Positions 17,729 through 27,654 of a DNA stretch of 64,000 nucleotides are shown here, one piece after another. Positions within the stretch are counted from its first letter, which is position 1. Every line of letters begins with the position of its first letter. The position numbers were made by a program, and so were the translations under genes. The notes under the pieces are model-generated. The model was not told the origin of the DNA and searched no databases. It saw only the letters and a list, made by a program, of their open reading frames with translations. Location of the stretch: assembly GCA_051650105.1 (NCBI GenBank), contig JBOFIJ010000006.1:121352-185351 (forward strand), in the 5' to 3' direction. The DNA comes from Desulfovibrionaceae bacterium (GTDB lineage Bacteria > Desulfobacterota > Desulfovibrionia > Desulfovibrionales > Desulfovibrionaceae).

Positions 17729-18873
17729 AAGAAGTGCCAGACATTGAGAATGTTCTTTAAAGGAAGTGGGTATTACTGTGTTATGTAAGTTTATCTAGAA
17801 AATACAGTAACAATGTGCAGAAAGTAGTAATAGAACAGGGCTTTTTAGAGAATGTAGTAAAAAAATACTCTGAATGATGCTATTATTACAGATATTTTTG
17901 TAAAACAACATAGTGAAGACAGCGTTGCAAGAGGTACACAAGAAAATGTTTTGAGTGCTTGGAAATTGACTGAAGCAGAATATAAAAAAGGATGAGATTA
18001 CATTCTTCTGTAGTAAGATAGTAGTATATAGTGAAACTATTTTGAGAGCGTATAAAAGAAGAATAAGAATATAGTGTAATTCTTTATAATGAATTAAGAA
18101 AGATTTCAGAACTGTTTGTTATAGAAAGAGATGGTTTTGGTATGGGAAAAGATGCTAACGTTTTGTTAGCAGAAATTCTTGAGAGTAGGCAGAAACATGG
18201 TGTGACCATGTGTACAGAAATTGTGATTGTAGGTGCCTCTAATAATACGCACTACAAGAACTGCTTCTCTTGATATCAGTGATGATTGTGGCTATATAAT
18301 ATATTCTAATATCAAATGGTATTCCAGAAACTATCTAACTAAGTATATGTTCTCCTAATTTTAGTGTATTAGATGTATAGCATTTATTACAGAGTGAATA
18401 TTTCTTTACACAATATCTTTTGGAAAATATTGTCTATATCTTTTATAATCTACTGTGGAACATATTCTAAAAATAAGGATATAATAAAGTAATGTTCTGT
18501 GTATTTTTGAAGAAGAGAGATAGGATATCTACCATAAGCATTCTTTTTTATTATATTATGAAGTTAGATGGAATATAGTGTATTTGTTATCTTAGATATA
18601 TAATATAAATAACGAGTATCGTTTTTATAATGGGAAGATACTATTATAGTATACATAATGCCTTTATAAGGTTTGTTCTATAGGTGAGTAAGTAAGTGTA
18701 CATATTGTATGAAGCAAATAAGTAAAGCACAATAACAAAAATTTTTGAGGTATATACTTATATGTTAGTGCAGTTTTTACTTTTTATGAGTAATAAGTGG
18801 GAAGATATTGTACTTGATAATAAAAGCATTTAGTGTGTTCTATAATTATGTCTGTTTTGTCTATGTGAAGGGA

Positions 18874-21222
18874 TTAGAGCATAGTAACAGGATCCATATC
18901 AAGAGAGAGTCTGACAAAGTGAGTATTTATTGGTGAGTTCACAATATGGGCATAAAAAGAACGAATTGCATCCCAAGAATGTGCCTTTACAAGGCATTGG
19001 AAACGTCGTCTATTATACATAATTTCGAGTGGTGCAGCCGTTGGGCCAAGTAATACTACAGTATATTCTTTTTGTTTAGATTGTAGTATTTGTGTGAATT
19101 CTTTCATATCTTTTTTGTGGAGTCTATAGGATACTGGAAATGTGAATCTGATAAGAGCTAATTTTATAAATGGGGGATAATGACGTTCTTTTCGAAGTTG
19201 TAATTCTTGTTCATAAAAACCGTGGTAATTGTTATTTTGTATAAATTGCCATGCATAATGGTTGCTATCTACTGTTTGAACCAGGACAGAACCTTGTTTA
19301 CCTCCTCTACCAGATCTTCCTGCAGATTGCACTAAAAGTTGAAAGGTTTTTTCACTTGCTCTATAATCTGGAAAGTGTAAGCCCACATCGGCATCTATAA
19401 TAACTGTTAATGTTACATTATGGAAATCGTGCCCTTTTGCAAGCATTTGTGTCCCCACAAGAATATCAGCTTTTTTTTCTGAGAATTCTTGTAATATTGT
19501 ATGTATACGCTCTGGAGTTTTTCCTGTATCTTTATCTAGTCGTAATATAGATATTCCTTCTGGAAGAATTTCGAGAAGTGTTTCTTGTAGTTTTTCTGTT
19601 CCCTGTCCTAGCGGATAGTATTCTAATCCTTTACATTGAGGGCATGGCTGGGGGAAAAATTGTGAATATCCACAATAATGGCATTGAATTTTTTGAATTT
19701 TCTTGTGAAATGTCATACTTATTTCACAATGAGGGCATTGTAAGACAGTGCTACAAGAAATACAATAAATACTTGGTGCATAGCCTCTTCTATTTAACAT
19801 CATTATTACTTGTTCATTTTTAGCAATTCTTTTTTGTATTTCCTCTAGTACTTGTGGGGCTATGAAGCTGTGTTTTATATCTTTCATTTCTATAAAAGTA
19901 ATTTTTGGAAGTGCTATTCCTGTTGCTCTATTGTTAAGGCGATGTATTTTTATTTGGTGTGTTTCACTTGCATAATAGGTTTTTATATCTGGTGTTGCTG
20001 AACCTAAGAGCAATAAAGCGTTTTCTTCTTTTGCTTTATACCAGGCTACATCTTTTGCATGATACATAAAACTGTTGCTATCTTGTTTATATGAGGAATC
20101 ATGTTCTTCATCCATAATAACAATCCCTATATTTTCTATTGGAAGAAAAAGGGCAGATCGTGTTCCTATAATAATGGTGGCTTTATCAAGAGTTTGAAGG
20201 AATATATTTTCTTTATATAGGGGGTTATGGTATCCATGGTATACTATATATGGGGTTTCTAGGAAAAATTCTTCTATATCTTTGCTTATTTTATGCAATA
20301 AAGAGACTTCTGGTACTAATAAAAGAGCATGCTTCCCTTTTTTTAGTGTTTTTTGTATTAATTCGTAGTAAATTCTACTTTTACCACTACCAGTTATTCC
20401 AAAAAGAAGATGGGCTGTAAAAGTATTCGTATTGAGATCGGTAAAGAGTTCATTCACTATTATTTCTTGTTCTTTTGTGAGACTCGGCACTGCACGAACA
20501 GTATTGTTAGTATAGTGCACTATATCTTTTTTCTTTATCATCTCTATTGTATTAACGTGAATATATTCCTTATCTAACAATGTATTAAGAATTTTATTAA
20601 TCCCTTTGCCAACACGTTCTTCTAGCTCTTCTTTGCTTAAATTTTCTTCCTCCCATAATGTTTCTAAAATGGCAATTTCTTTTTTTGACTTACTTATTTT
20701 AGTAAAAGGAGGAGAAATTGTTATTTTATAGGTATTGTATGCATCTGTTTTTATGCGGATGCATTTTGCTAGGCCACAAGTATATTCTTGATAGACTTTC
20801 TCTTTTATTTTTTCGGGATATTCGATAAATTCTTCCAATGTGCATTGAGAAGCTTTCCCTTCTTTTATGTGATGTATGTATATGTGAGGAGAACGCAGTG
20901 GTGAGGGAATAGTGTGAGATAAAATTGTTCCTATTGTGAGGCCTTGTTTTTTAGATAACTGCTCAATCATCGTGAGATACTGTTTAGAAAAGAGAGGATT
21001 TTCTTGAAAGAGCCAGTGGATACTTTTAAGTACCATGGAGGAAGGATTAGGAGGAGTGAGGTGAGAAATAATTCCCATAACGGCTCTTTTTCGTGTTCCA
21101 AGAGGGACACAAACTCTAGATCCCAGGGCACACCGATCAAAGGGGATGTATGGAGGTATCGAATAGCATAAGTCGAAATAGGGATAAGATAATATTGAGA
21201 CTGTGATACAGATATTATTCAC
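18874..21222 (-). CDS. priA: Primosomal protein N' (replication restart helicase)
   Basis: Walker A GITGSGKS, DEAH-type box MDEEHD, and the Cys-rich zinc insertion CISCSTVLQCPHCEISMTFH..CHYCGY..CPQC. Confidence 0.9.
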   Translation of the reverse strand: MNNICITVSILSYPYFDLCYSIPPYIPFDRCALGSRVCVPLGTRKRAVMGIISHLTPPNPSSMVLKSIHWLFQENPLFSKQYLTMIEQLSKKQGLTIGTILSHTIPSPLRSPHIYIHHIKEGKASQCTLEEFIEYPEKIKEKVYQEYTCGLAKCIRIKTDAYNTYKITISPPFTKISKSKKEIAILETLWEEENLSKEELEERVGKGINKILNTLLDKEYIHVNTIEMIKKKDIVHYTNNTVRAVPSLTKEQEIIVNELFTDLNTNTFTAHLLFGITGSGKSRIYYELIQKTLKKGKHALLLVPEVSLLHKISKDIEEFFLETPYIVYHGYHNPLYKENIFLQTLDKATIIIGTRSALFLPIENIGIVIMDEEHDSSYKQDSNSFMYHAKDVAWYKAKEENALLLLGSATPDIKTYYASETHQIKIHRLNNRATGIALPKITFIEMKDIKHSFIAPQVLEEIQKRIAKNEQVIMMLNRRGYAPSIYCISCSTVLQCPHCEISMTFHKKIQKIQCHYCGYSQFFPQPCPQCKGLEYYPLGQGTEKLQETLLEILPEGISILRLDKDTGKTPERIHTILQEFSEKKADILVGTQMLAKGHDFHNVTLTVIIDADVGLHFPDYRASEKTFQLLVQSAGRSGRGGKQGSVLVQTVDSNHYAWQFIQNNNYHGFYEQELQLRKERHYPPFIKLALIRFTFPVSYRLHKKDMKEFTQILQSKQKEYTVVLLGPTAAPLEIMYNRRRFQCLVKAHSWDAIRSFYAHIVNSPINTHFVRLSLDMDPVTML

Positions 21223-21247
21223 ATTACTATGCTTTTATAGAAAAAGA

Positions 21248-21335
21248 TGGTACCCAGAGCCAGACTTGAACTGGCACGGCCGTAAAGGCCGAGGGATTTT
21301 AAGTCCCTTGTGTCTACCTATTCCACCACCTGGGC
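21248..21335 (-). tRNA. tRNA-Leu (anticodon UAA), CCA encoded
   Basis: Reverse complement GCCCAGGTGGTGGAATAGGTAGACACAAGGGACTTAAAATCCCTCGGCCTTTACGGCCGTGCCAGTTCAAGTCTGGCTCTGGGTACCA. It folds into a 7-bp acceptor stem (two G-U pairs), anticodon loop CTTAAAA, a long class-II variable arm and T-loop TTCAAGT. Confidence 0.9.
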
Positions 21336-21942
21336 AACCGTGAGGAGTACTTTATACTAGATAATGTATCAACGTCAAGCATTTTTTTTCATATTTATTG
21401 TACAGATATGCAGAAATAGTATGTTATATACAGAAATTTGTTTTGAATAAGAATAGTATCTTGTAAAAAAAGGGCTCATTCCTAAATAAGAGGGCTTTTT
21501 GTGGTGAAGAATAAAAATTATTTTGATATGCTGTCATTTTTCTGTTATATGATGAAGGTACTAAGGAGTAATACGTTCTTATATATGTAGATACGAATGT
21601 TTGTCTTATTTGTTGTCTTCTGTATAGTGAGTTAACATATCTCTTGTGCTTTGTGGTCTTATTGTATATTCTAAGTGGGACAGTGTTCTGTATAGGAAAT
21701 AAAAAGAGTAGCGGATGCACTTTTTTAGATTTCTTTATAGATTGTTTGTGTCATACATAGTTTTTTTGTAAGAGCAAAATTGTGCTATAAAAAGAGAGCC
21801 TTTTAGAGTTAAAGATCTTTTTATAATGAAATCAACAGTACATGGCATAGAGAAAATACAAATTTTATTACAACTACTAAAACACAAAATATATTGTGAA
21901 ATGAAGTAAAATACGAGTAGTACAAATAAGAGAGGTATACAG

Positions 21943-22725
21943 ATGAAAGTAGTAATATTGGCTGGTGGTTTGGGAACGCGGTTATCAGAAGAAACAACAC
22001 TATCTCCAAAGCCAATGCTTGAAATTGGTGGCCATCCAATACTATGGCATATTATGAAGATATATTCTTATTGGGGTTTTGATGATTTTATTATTCTTTC
22101 AGGGTATAAATCACATATTATTAAAGAATATTTCATTAATTATTATACAAGATATTCAGATATTACGGTGGATATGAGCAATAATAGTGTGGAAATTCAT
22201 AAAAATAGAAATGAATCTTGGAAAGTGACAATTATGTATACTGGCGAACATACAATGACAGGTGGAAGGCTTTTGCAAGTAAAAGATTTTATTGGAGAGA
22301 ATACTTTCATGCTTACATATGGTGATGGTTTAAGCGATGTTATTGTTCCACATTTATTAGAATTCCATAAGGAAGCTCGTAAAGTAGCTACTGTTTTGGG
22401 CATACAGTTATCTGGCAGGTTTGGAACAATTTCTATAGACGAAAACAGTATAGCTAATTCTTTTGAAGAGAAAAAAAGAGAAGAGCAATGGACTAATGGA
22501 GGTTTTTTTGTTCTAGAGCCTAGCATATTTGATTATTTAGATAATGACGATGCGTGTGTATTTGAAATAGAACCTATGGCAAGTCTTGTAGAAAAGCAAC
22601 AATTAGCAGTATTTAAACATACAGGATTTTGGCATGCAATGGATACATTAAAAGATAAAAATAATTTAACAAAAATGTGGTTTGAAGAAAAATCTCCGTG
22701 GAGTATATGGAAAAATACTATATAA
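21943..22725 (+). CDS. rfbF: Glucose-1-phosphate cytidylyltransferase
   Basis: MKVVILAGGLGTRLSEET..PKPMLEIGGHPILWHIMKIYS is characteristic of RfbF, and the ~257-260 aa length matches. Confidence 0.85.
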   Translation: MKVVILAGGLGTRLSEETTLSPKPMLEIGGHPILWHIMKIYSYWGFDDFIILSGYKSHIIKEYFINYYTRYSDITVDMSNNSVEIHKNRNESWKVTIMYTGEHTMTGGRLLQVKDFIGENTFMLTYGDGLSDVIVPHLLEFHKEARKVATVLGIQLSGRFGTISIDENSIANSFEEKKREEQWTNGGFFVLEPSIFDYLDNDDACVFEIEPMASLVEKQQLAVFKHTGFWHAMDTLKDKNNLTKMWFEEKSPWSIWKNTI

Positions 22726-23117
22726 AATGTGTTTTAATGAGAAGGAGTGCAAGAATGTGGTTATGCTTATTGATTGTGTCTGTGTGCTTGCAAAGCTGAT
22801 AAATGTTGAGGGGCCGTGAATGCCATTATGAAAAATGCTGCTATGTCATTATCTTTTAAGGAAGTGTTTGGGTATAGGTAGATATTGTTTTCTCCTTGTC
22901 TTGTAGTTTTATAGAATGAAAGAGTGAGAATTATGAGCAATAATATGTTTTGGTATACATTATCGTGTGGAGTTTTTATTTTCGTATGCACATAATAGTG
23001 TTTCTATATTTGGAAGAAATTGCTAGTGTAGTATACTTATGTGTAAAATATACTAGAAGCACATAGTATCATTGTGTTATTTTTTGGGTGCGTCTATTTT
23101 ATTAATAAGAGAGTATA

Positions 23118-23651
23118 ATGAGATATATTCAATTAAAAATTAAAGGGGCTTTTCTCCTTGAATATGAACGTATACAAGATGAGCGTGGTTCTTTTGCTCG
23201 TGAATTTTGTAAAAAGGAATTGAATTCTATGGGGATTACCTTTGATGTGTGTCAAATGAATATATCCCATAATAATAAAAGAGGAACAATTCGTGGTATG
23301 CATTATCAAATATTTCCTTATGAAGAACAGAAGATTGTTTTTTGTTCTACAGGGTCTTTATATGATGTTATAGTAGACTTGCGAAGAGATTCTGCAACAT
23401 ACCTGCAATGGATAGGGCACACATTGGATCCAAGCAATAATTCAATGCTTTTTATTCCTAAAGGATGTGCACATGGTTTTCAAACGTTAGAAGATAATAC
23501 AACGTTACACTACATAGTGGATGAATATTATATTCCAAGTGCATATGCTGGAGTGCGATATAATGATCCTTTGCTTGCTATAGATTTTCCTATACAAGAT
23601 GGTATTATTATTTCTGAAAGAGATGCCACATATAGCGATATAATAGCATGA
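23118..23651 (+). CDS. RmlC-fold NDP-4-keto-6-deoxyhexose 3,5-epimerase family protein
   Basis: Cupin blocks DERGSFAREF, RGMHYQ, YDVIVDLRRDS and GCAHGFQTL. Confidence 0.8.
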   Translation: MRYIQLKIKGAFLLEYERIQDERGSFAREFCKKELNSMGITFDVCQMNISHNNKRGTIRGMHYQIFPYEEQKIVFCSTGSLYDVIVDLRRDSATYLQWIGHTLDPSNNSMLFIPKGCAHGFQTLEDNTTLHYIVDEYYIPSAYAGVRYNDPLLAIDFPIQDGIIISERDATYSDIIA

Positions 23652-24487
23652 AAAGAGTATTGCTCACAGGATCAACGGGCTTAATAGGAAAAGAAGCAAT
23701 TCTTCCACTAAAAGAGCATGGTTTTACTGTAATTTGTCTCAATTCTTCAGAATGCAATCTTTTGAATTATGATGATGTCCGTGCATTTGTGAAAGATTCT
23801 TGTGCAACGCATCTTATGCATTTTGCATGGTTTACAGGAAGGGGGTATTTAACAAGCCCATTGAATGAAGAGTACTATGAAGCGAGCATGAACCTTTTAC
23901 AGGCTTTTGTACAATGTGGTGGTGAACGAGCTGTGTTTGCAGGGACGTGTCTTGAATATGCCAATAAGAATACTGCATTGCAAGAAGAAGATCCTCTTTC
24001 TTCCTCCTCTTTGTATGCGAAATATAAAAATATATTGCGTATTAATGCAGGAAAGTATACAAAAAGACACGACGTTTCTTTTGGATGGGGACGTATTTTT
24101 TATGCATATGGTTGTTCAGATGGCTCTGGTAGTTTGTTCTCGTATCTCGTGGAAAATTTACGAGAAAATAAGACAGTGCATATCCATAGTGGTGATTTGT
24201 TGAGAGATTATATATACACGAAAGATATAGTAAATGCTTTCATATGTATTTTGAGAAACCAAAATGATATACTTGTTAATGTTTGTACCGGAACCGCAGT
24301 ACGTATTGCTTTTTACGCCGAATGTATTGCGCAGTATATGAAAAAACCATTACTATTGCGTGTTGGCACTACCGTAACAGATGAAGCACCAATTATTATT
24401 GGAGAGAATACAAGGCTACAATCATTGGGGTATAGAACACAATATACTTTAGAAAAAGGACTACGGGAAATATTTTATGAAAGCTAA
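23648..24487 (+). CDS. Extended SDR, NDP-sugar 4-ketoreductase/epimerase-like (279 aa)
   Basis: Rossmann motif GSTGLIG and catalytic YAKYK (YxxxK). It has a 4-nt overlap with the upstream gene. Confidence 0.7.
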   Translation: MKRVLLTGSTGLIGKEAILPLKEHGFTVICLNSSECNLLNYDDVRAFVKDSCATHLMHFAWFTGRGYLTSPLNEEYYEASMNLLQAFVQCGGERAVFAGTCLEYANKNTALQEEDPLSSSSLYAKYKNILRINAGKYTKRHDVSFGWGRIFYAYGCSDGSGSLFSYLVENLRENKTVHIHSGDLLRDYIYTKDIVNAFICILRNQNDILVNVCTGTAVRIAFYAECIAQYMKKPLLLRVGTTVTDEAPIIIGENTRLQSLGYRTQYTLEKGLREIFYES

Positions 24488-25481
24488 GATAGAAACAAGA
24501 ATACATACAAAAAATCGTACCAAATTAGAAAGTGTTATACCCCTTAAGACGCCTCTTATTATTAATATAGATCCCTCAGATACATGTAATTTTCAATGTA
24601 ATTTTTGTCCAACAGGTGATAGACAGTTAATGAAAGAAACACCTGGAAGAAATTATGGAATAATGGATTTTGAATTATATAAAAAAGCCATTAATGATAT
24701 TTGTACATTCGATGAAAAAATAAAAGTATTACGTTTATATAAAGATGGGGAACCTCTTCTTAACCCAAAATTTTCGGAAATGATTGCGTATGCAAAAGAA
24801 CGTGAATGCTGTGAAAAAGTAGATACCACAACAAATGCTTCTTTGCTTACTCCAGAGCGTAGCCGTAAAATTATAGATGCTGGTCTTGATGGTATTAATA
24901 TTTCTATTGAGGGTGTCACTGCCGAGCAGTATAAAGATTTTTCTCATTATTCAATACAATATGATACATTGGTTGATAATATCCGTTTTTTTTATGAACA
25001 TAAAAAAGATTGTGAAATGCTTGTAAAGATAAATGGCGACTTATTAACAGAAGAGCAAAAACAAGAATTCTTTGATATATTTGGGAATATAACAGATAAA
25101 ATTTTTATTGAAAGCGTTATGGATTGTTGGCCTACATATGAAATTAATAAAATAGAGGTGAATAAAACTCGTGGGATATATGGACAAGAAATTAACGAAG
25201 TTCTTGTATGTCCATACGTATTTTACTCATTTGCTATTAATTCTAATGGAACAGTGAGCTTATGTTTCTTAGATTGGCACAGAAAATTGGTTATTGGAGA
25301 TATAAAGACAGAATCTGTGAAAGATATTTGGGAAAGTGAAGCATTACGAGAATACCAACGCCTTTTCTTGCGTGGAGATCGTAAATCTCATCCAATATGT
25401 AGGGATTGTGGACAGCTTAGACAGGGTCAACCAGATAATATTGATGCATTTGCAAAGTCATTGTTAGGAAAAGTATTATGA
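24477..25481 (+). CDS. Radical SAM protein with truncated SPASM/twitch-like C-terminal domain (paralog 1)
   Basis: CX3CX2C motif CNFQCNFC. The C-terminal part has CPYVFYSFAINSNGTVSLC (CX12GX4C) and CRDC. Confidence 0.8.
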   Translation: MKAKIETRIHTKNRTKLESVIPLKTPLIINIDPSDTCNFQCNFCPTGDRQLMKETPGRNYGIMDFELYKKAINDICTFDEKIKVLRLYKDGEPLLNPKFSEMIAYAKERECCEKVDTTTNASLLTPERSRKIIDAGLDGINISIEGVTAEQYKDFSHYSIQYDTLVDNIRFFYEHKKDCEMLVKINGDLLTEEQKQEFFDIFGNITDKIFIESVMDCWPTYEINKIEVNKTRGIYGQEINEVLVCPYVFYSFAINSNGTVSLCFLDWHRKLVIGDIKTESVKDIWESEALREYQRLFLRGDRKSHPICRDCGQLRQGQPDNIDAFAKSLLGKVL

Positions 25482-26503
25482 GTATACAACATAAATATAG
25501 AGTGAATAAAGAAAAGCATGAAGTGCTTGGCAATGTTGCTCCCCTAGAGGAGCCATTTGTCTTACTTATTGATCCTTCTAATTTATGTAATTTTAGGTGT
25601 AAATTTTGTCCAACAGGCGATCAAAAACTTATAAAGTCAACGGGAAGGTATAATGGTTTATTAGATTTTACGTTGTTCACAAAAATAATAGATGATTTAA
25701 AAGAATACAGTCGCCCAATTAAGACACTACGTTTGTATAAAGAAGGTGAGCCTCTGCTTAACCCCAAATTTGAAGAGATGGTGGCATATGCAAGGAAAAG
25801 TGCTTTTGTACAACGTATAGACACAACAAGTAATGGAGCATTATTAACACCTGAACGTAACAGAAAAATTGTAGAGGCTGGTCTTGATCAAATAAATATA
25901 TCTGTTAATGGTATAACAGCGGAACAAATATATTATTTTACGAAGACAAAAGTAAATTTTAGTGCATACGTGGATGCTATTAGGGATTTATATGAAAATA
26001 GGGGAAATTGTGAGATATCAATAAAAGCAATAAAAGAAAATTTAACAGAAGATGAGCAGAAAGTATTCTACGATATTTTTGGTCCTCTTTCAACAAGAAT
26101 AAGTTTAGAACATATTTCTCCTGCATGGCCTCAATTTGAGCTGCATGAGGATGTTATTAGTACATATACCGCAGGTAATTATGGGCAAGAAGTTTTAGAG
26201 CGAGAAGTGTGCCCCTATATATTTTATATAATGGTAATTAATTCAGATGGAAGAGTGAGTACATGTGTTGGGGATTGGCCAAATAAACTTATTGTTGGAG
26301 ACGTTCGAAAACAAAGTGTACGGGATATATGGAAAGGTGTTTTGTTAAATAAACATAGAATAGCACATTTAGAAGGAAAAAGGTGGGATGAACCTTTCTG
26401 TGCGGATTGTGAGGTGGTAACATATGGAACACTTGATAATTTAGATTCATACGCAGGGGAGATTCTTTCACGGATGCGTGCTAAAAATTTTATGGGAGAA
26501 TAG
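25478..26503 (+). CDS. Radical SAM protein with truncated SPASM/twitch-like C-terminal domain (paralog 2)
   Basis: CNFRCKFC, then CPYIFYIMVINSDGRVSTC and CADC. It is colinear with paralog 1 (LRLYKEGEPLLNPKF, TPERNRKIVEAGLD). An ATGA overlap joins it to paralog 1. Confidence 0.8.
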   Translation: MSIQHKYRVNKEKHEVLGNVAPLEEPFVLLIDPSNLCNFRCKFCPTGDQKLIKSTGRYNGLLDFTLFTKIIDDLKEYSRPIKTLRLYKEGEPLLNPKFEEMVAYARKSAFVQRIDTTSNGALLTPERNRKIVEAGLDQINISVNGITAEQIYYFTKTKVNFSAYVDAIRDLYENRGNCEISIKAIKENLTEDEQKVFYDIFGPLSTRISLEHISPAWPQFELHEDVISTYTAGNYGQEVLEREVCPYIFYIMVINSDGRVSTCVGDWPNKLIVGDVRKQSVRDIWKGVLLNKHRIAHLEGKRWDEPFCADCEVVTYGTLDNLDSYAGEILSRMRAKNFMGE

Positions 26504-26505
26504 GG

Positions 26506-27522
26506 GTGAAAATAGCGTTATTAGGTGGTTATGGTAATATAAGTTGGTGGTGCACAAAAGAAGCTCTTGAAAGAGGATATGATGTTTATGTAATTAACCG
26601 CCAAGAAACAATAAGAACAAGAAGAAAGGCTCCAGAAGGTGTGCATATTCTTATAGCAGATTATAGAAATATGGATGAAATGCATGCACTTCTCAAAAAG
26701 CATACGTTTGATGTTGTATGTGATTTTATATGCTATACAGAAGAACATGCAAAAAATGCAGTAGAGCTATTTAAAGGAAAAACAAAACAGTATATTTTTA
26801 TTAGTTCAGAAGCTATTTATGACAGAACAAAATGTTCTGCTCCTTTTAATGAGTCTTCTCCAAAATATGATGCAAGGACGGTGTCTGGTTATATTGCAGA
26901 TAAAATACGAGCAGAGCAAGTTTTTATAGAGGCCTATGAAAAAGAATCTTTTCCTGTCACTATTGTGCGTCCAGGGTTCACGTATGATACCATTCTTCCT
27001 AATTTTGCAATGGTCACATGTTTTACCGTATATAAAAGGTGTTTAGAGGGTTTCCCATGGATAATAATAGAAGATGGGGAAGCTATGTGGACATTCACCC
27101 ATTCAAGTGATTTTGCAAGAGCATGTGTTGCTTTATTTGGAAAGAAAAATGGTATTGGTGAAGATTATATTATTACAACAAATAGATTGTATTCTTGGAA
27201 TGAAGCATCTCGTGTTATTCTAGAGAATCTTGGTTTACAGGGACATTCTATAATTCATATTCCTTATACTGAAGAAAGGCTGTCTTCCTTATATCCATCA
27301 AAGGAACTTATTTACCACAGTGCTGTGGATAGTGTTTCTGATACCACAAAAATAAGTACTCTTTGTCCTATGTGGTCTCCACAAGTCTCTTTTGAAGAAG
27401 GGGTATCCGCAACGTTATTGTGGTTGAGTGAAGAGAATGAAAGACAACGTAGTGTGCCAAAAGTAGATGAAATATATAAAGATATTACAGCAAAGTACTA
27501 TGTTATCCATGAAGGAGAATGA
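26506..27522 (+). CDS. NAD-dependent epimerase/dehydratase-family SDR with atypical glycine motif
   Basis: N-terminal LLGGYGNIS takes the place of GxxGxxG. YIADK is a candidate YxxxK. GTG start. Confidence 0.6.
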   Translation: MKIALLGGYGNISWWCTKEALERGYDVYVINRQETIRTRRKAPEGVHILIADYRNMDEMHALLKKHTFDVVCDFICYTEEHAKNAVELFKGKTKQYIFISSEAIYDRTKCSAPFNESSPKYDARTVSGYIADKIRAEQVFIEAYEKESFPVTIVRPGFTYDTILPNFAMVTCFTVYKRCLEGFPWIIIEDGEAMWTFTHSSDFARACVALFGKKNGIGEDYIITTNRLYSWNEASRVILENLGLQGHSIIHIPYTEERLSSLYPSKELIYHSAVDSVSDTTKISTLCPMWSPQVSFEEGVSATLLWLSEENERQRSVPKVDEIYKDITAKYYVIHEGE

Positions 27523-27523
27523 T

Positions 27524-27628
27524 ATGAGAAGGTATTATCCTATTTATGATAGTTCTCATAGTAATTATATTTCTATTTTATGTGATACTATGAAAATAGT
27601 GGATAGTGTATGGGAAAGTGTAACATGA
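27524..27628 (+). pseudogene. Decayed duplicate of the 5' end of the downstream C-methyltransferase gene
   Basis: The 34 codons MRRYYPIYDSSHSNYISILCDTMKIVDSVWESVT* compare with MGRRCPICDSSNKSHISVLCDTMKILGSSFPES at 27655. Both Zn-ribbon Cys codons are now Tyr. Confidence 0.8.
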
Positions 27629-27654
27629 TAGTAAGGTAGTGAAGGAGAGTATAT

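Noticed and set aside
21424-22039. ORFs 21424..21720 and 21821..22039 between tRNA-Leu and rfbF.
   Set aside because: They have the Lys/Phe/Tyr/Asn-rich composition typical of translated AT-rich spacer and no motifs. The second overlaps the rfbF start.
22726-23117. Possible relic of CDP-glucose 4,6-dehydratase (rfbG) in the gap after rfbF. A short ORF at 22933 begins MSNNMFW.., faintly like RfbG N-termini (M..NFWQGK).
   Set aside because: The similarity is a handful of residues and no GHTGFKG Rossmann motif is visible. It cannot be supported without BLASTX.
27524-27628. Possible RiPP precursor peptide for the neighbouring radical SAM/SPASM-like enzymes.
   Set aside because: It is clearly a decayed copy of the methyltransferase 5' end. 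It has no leader/core organisation and is separated from the radical SAM genes by an SDR gene.
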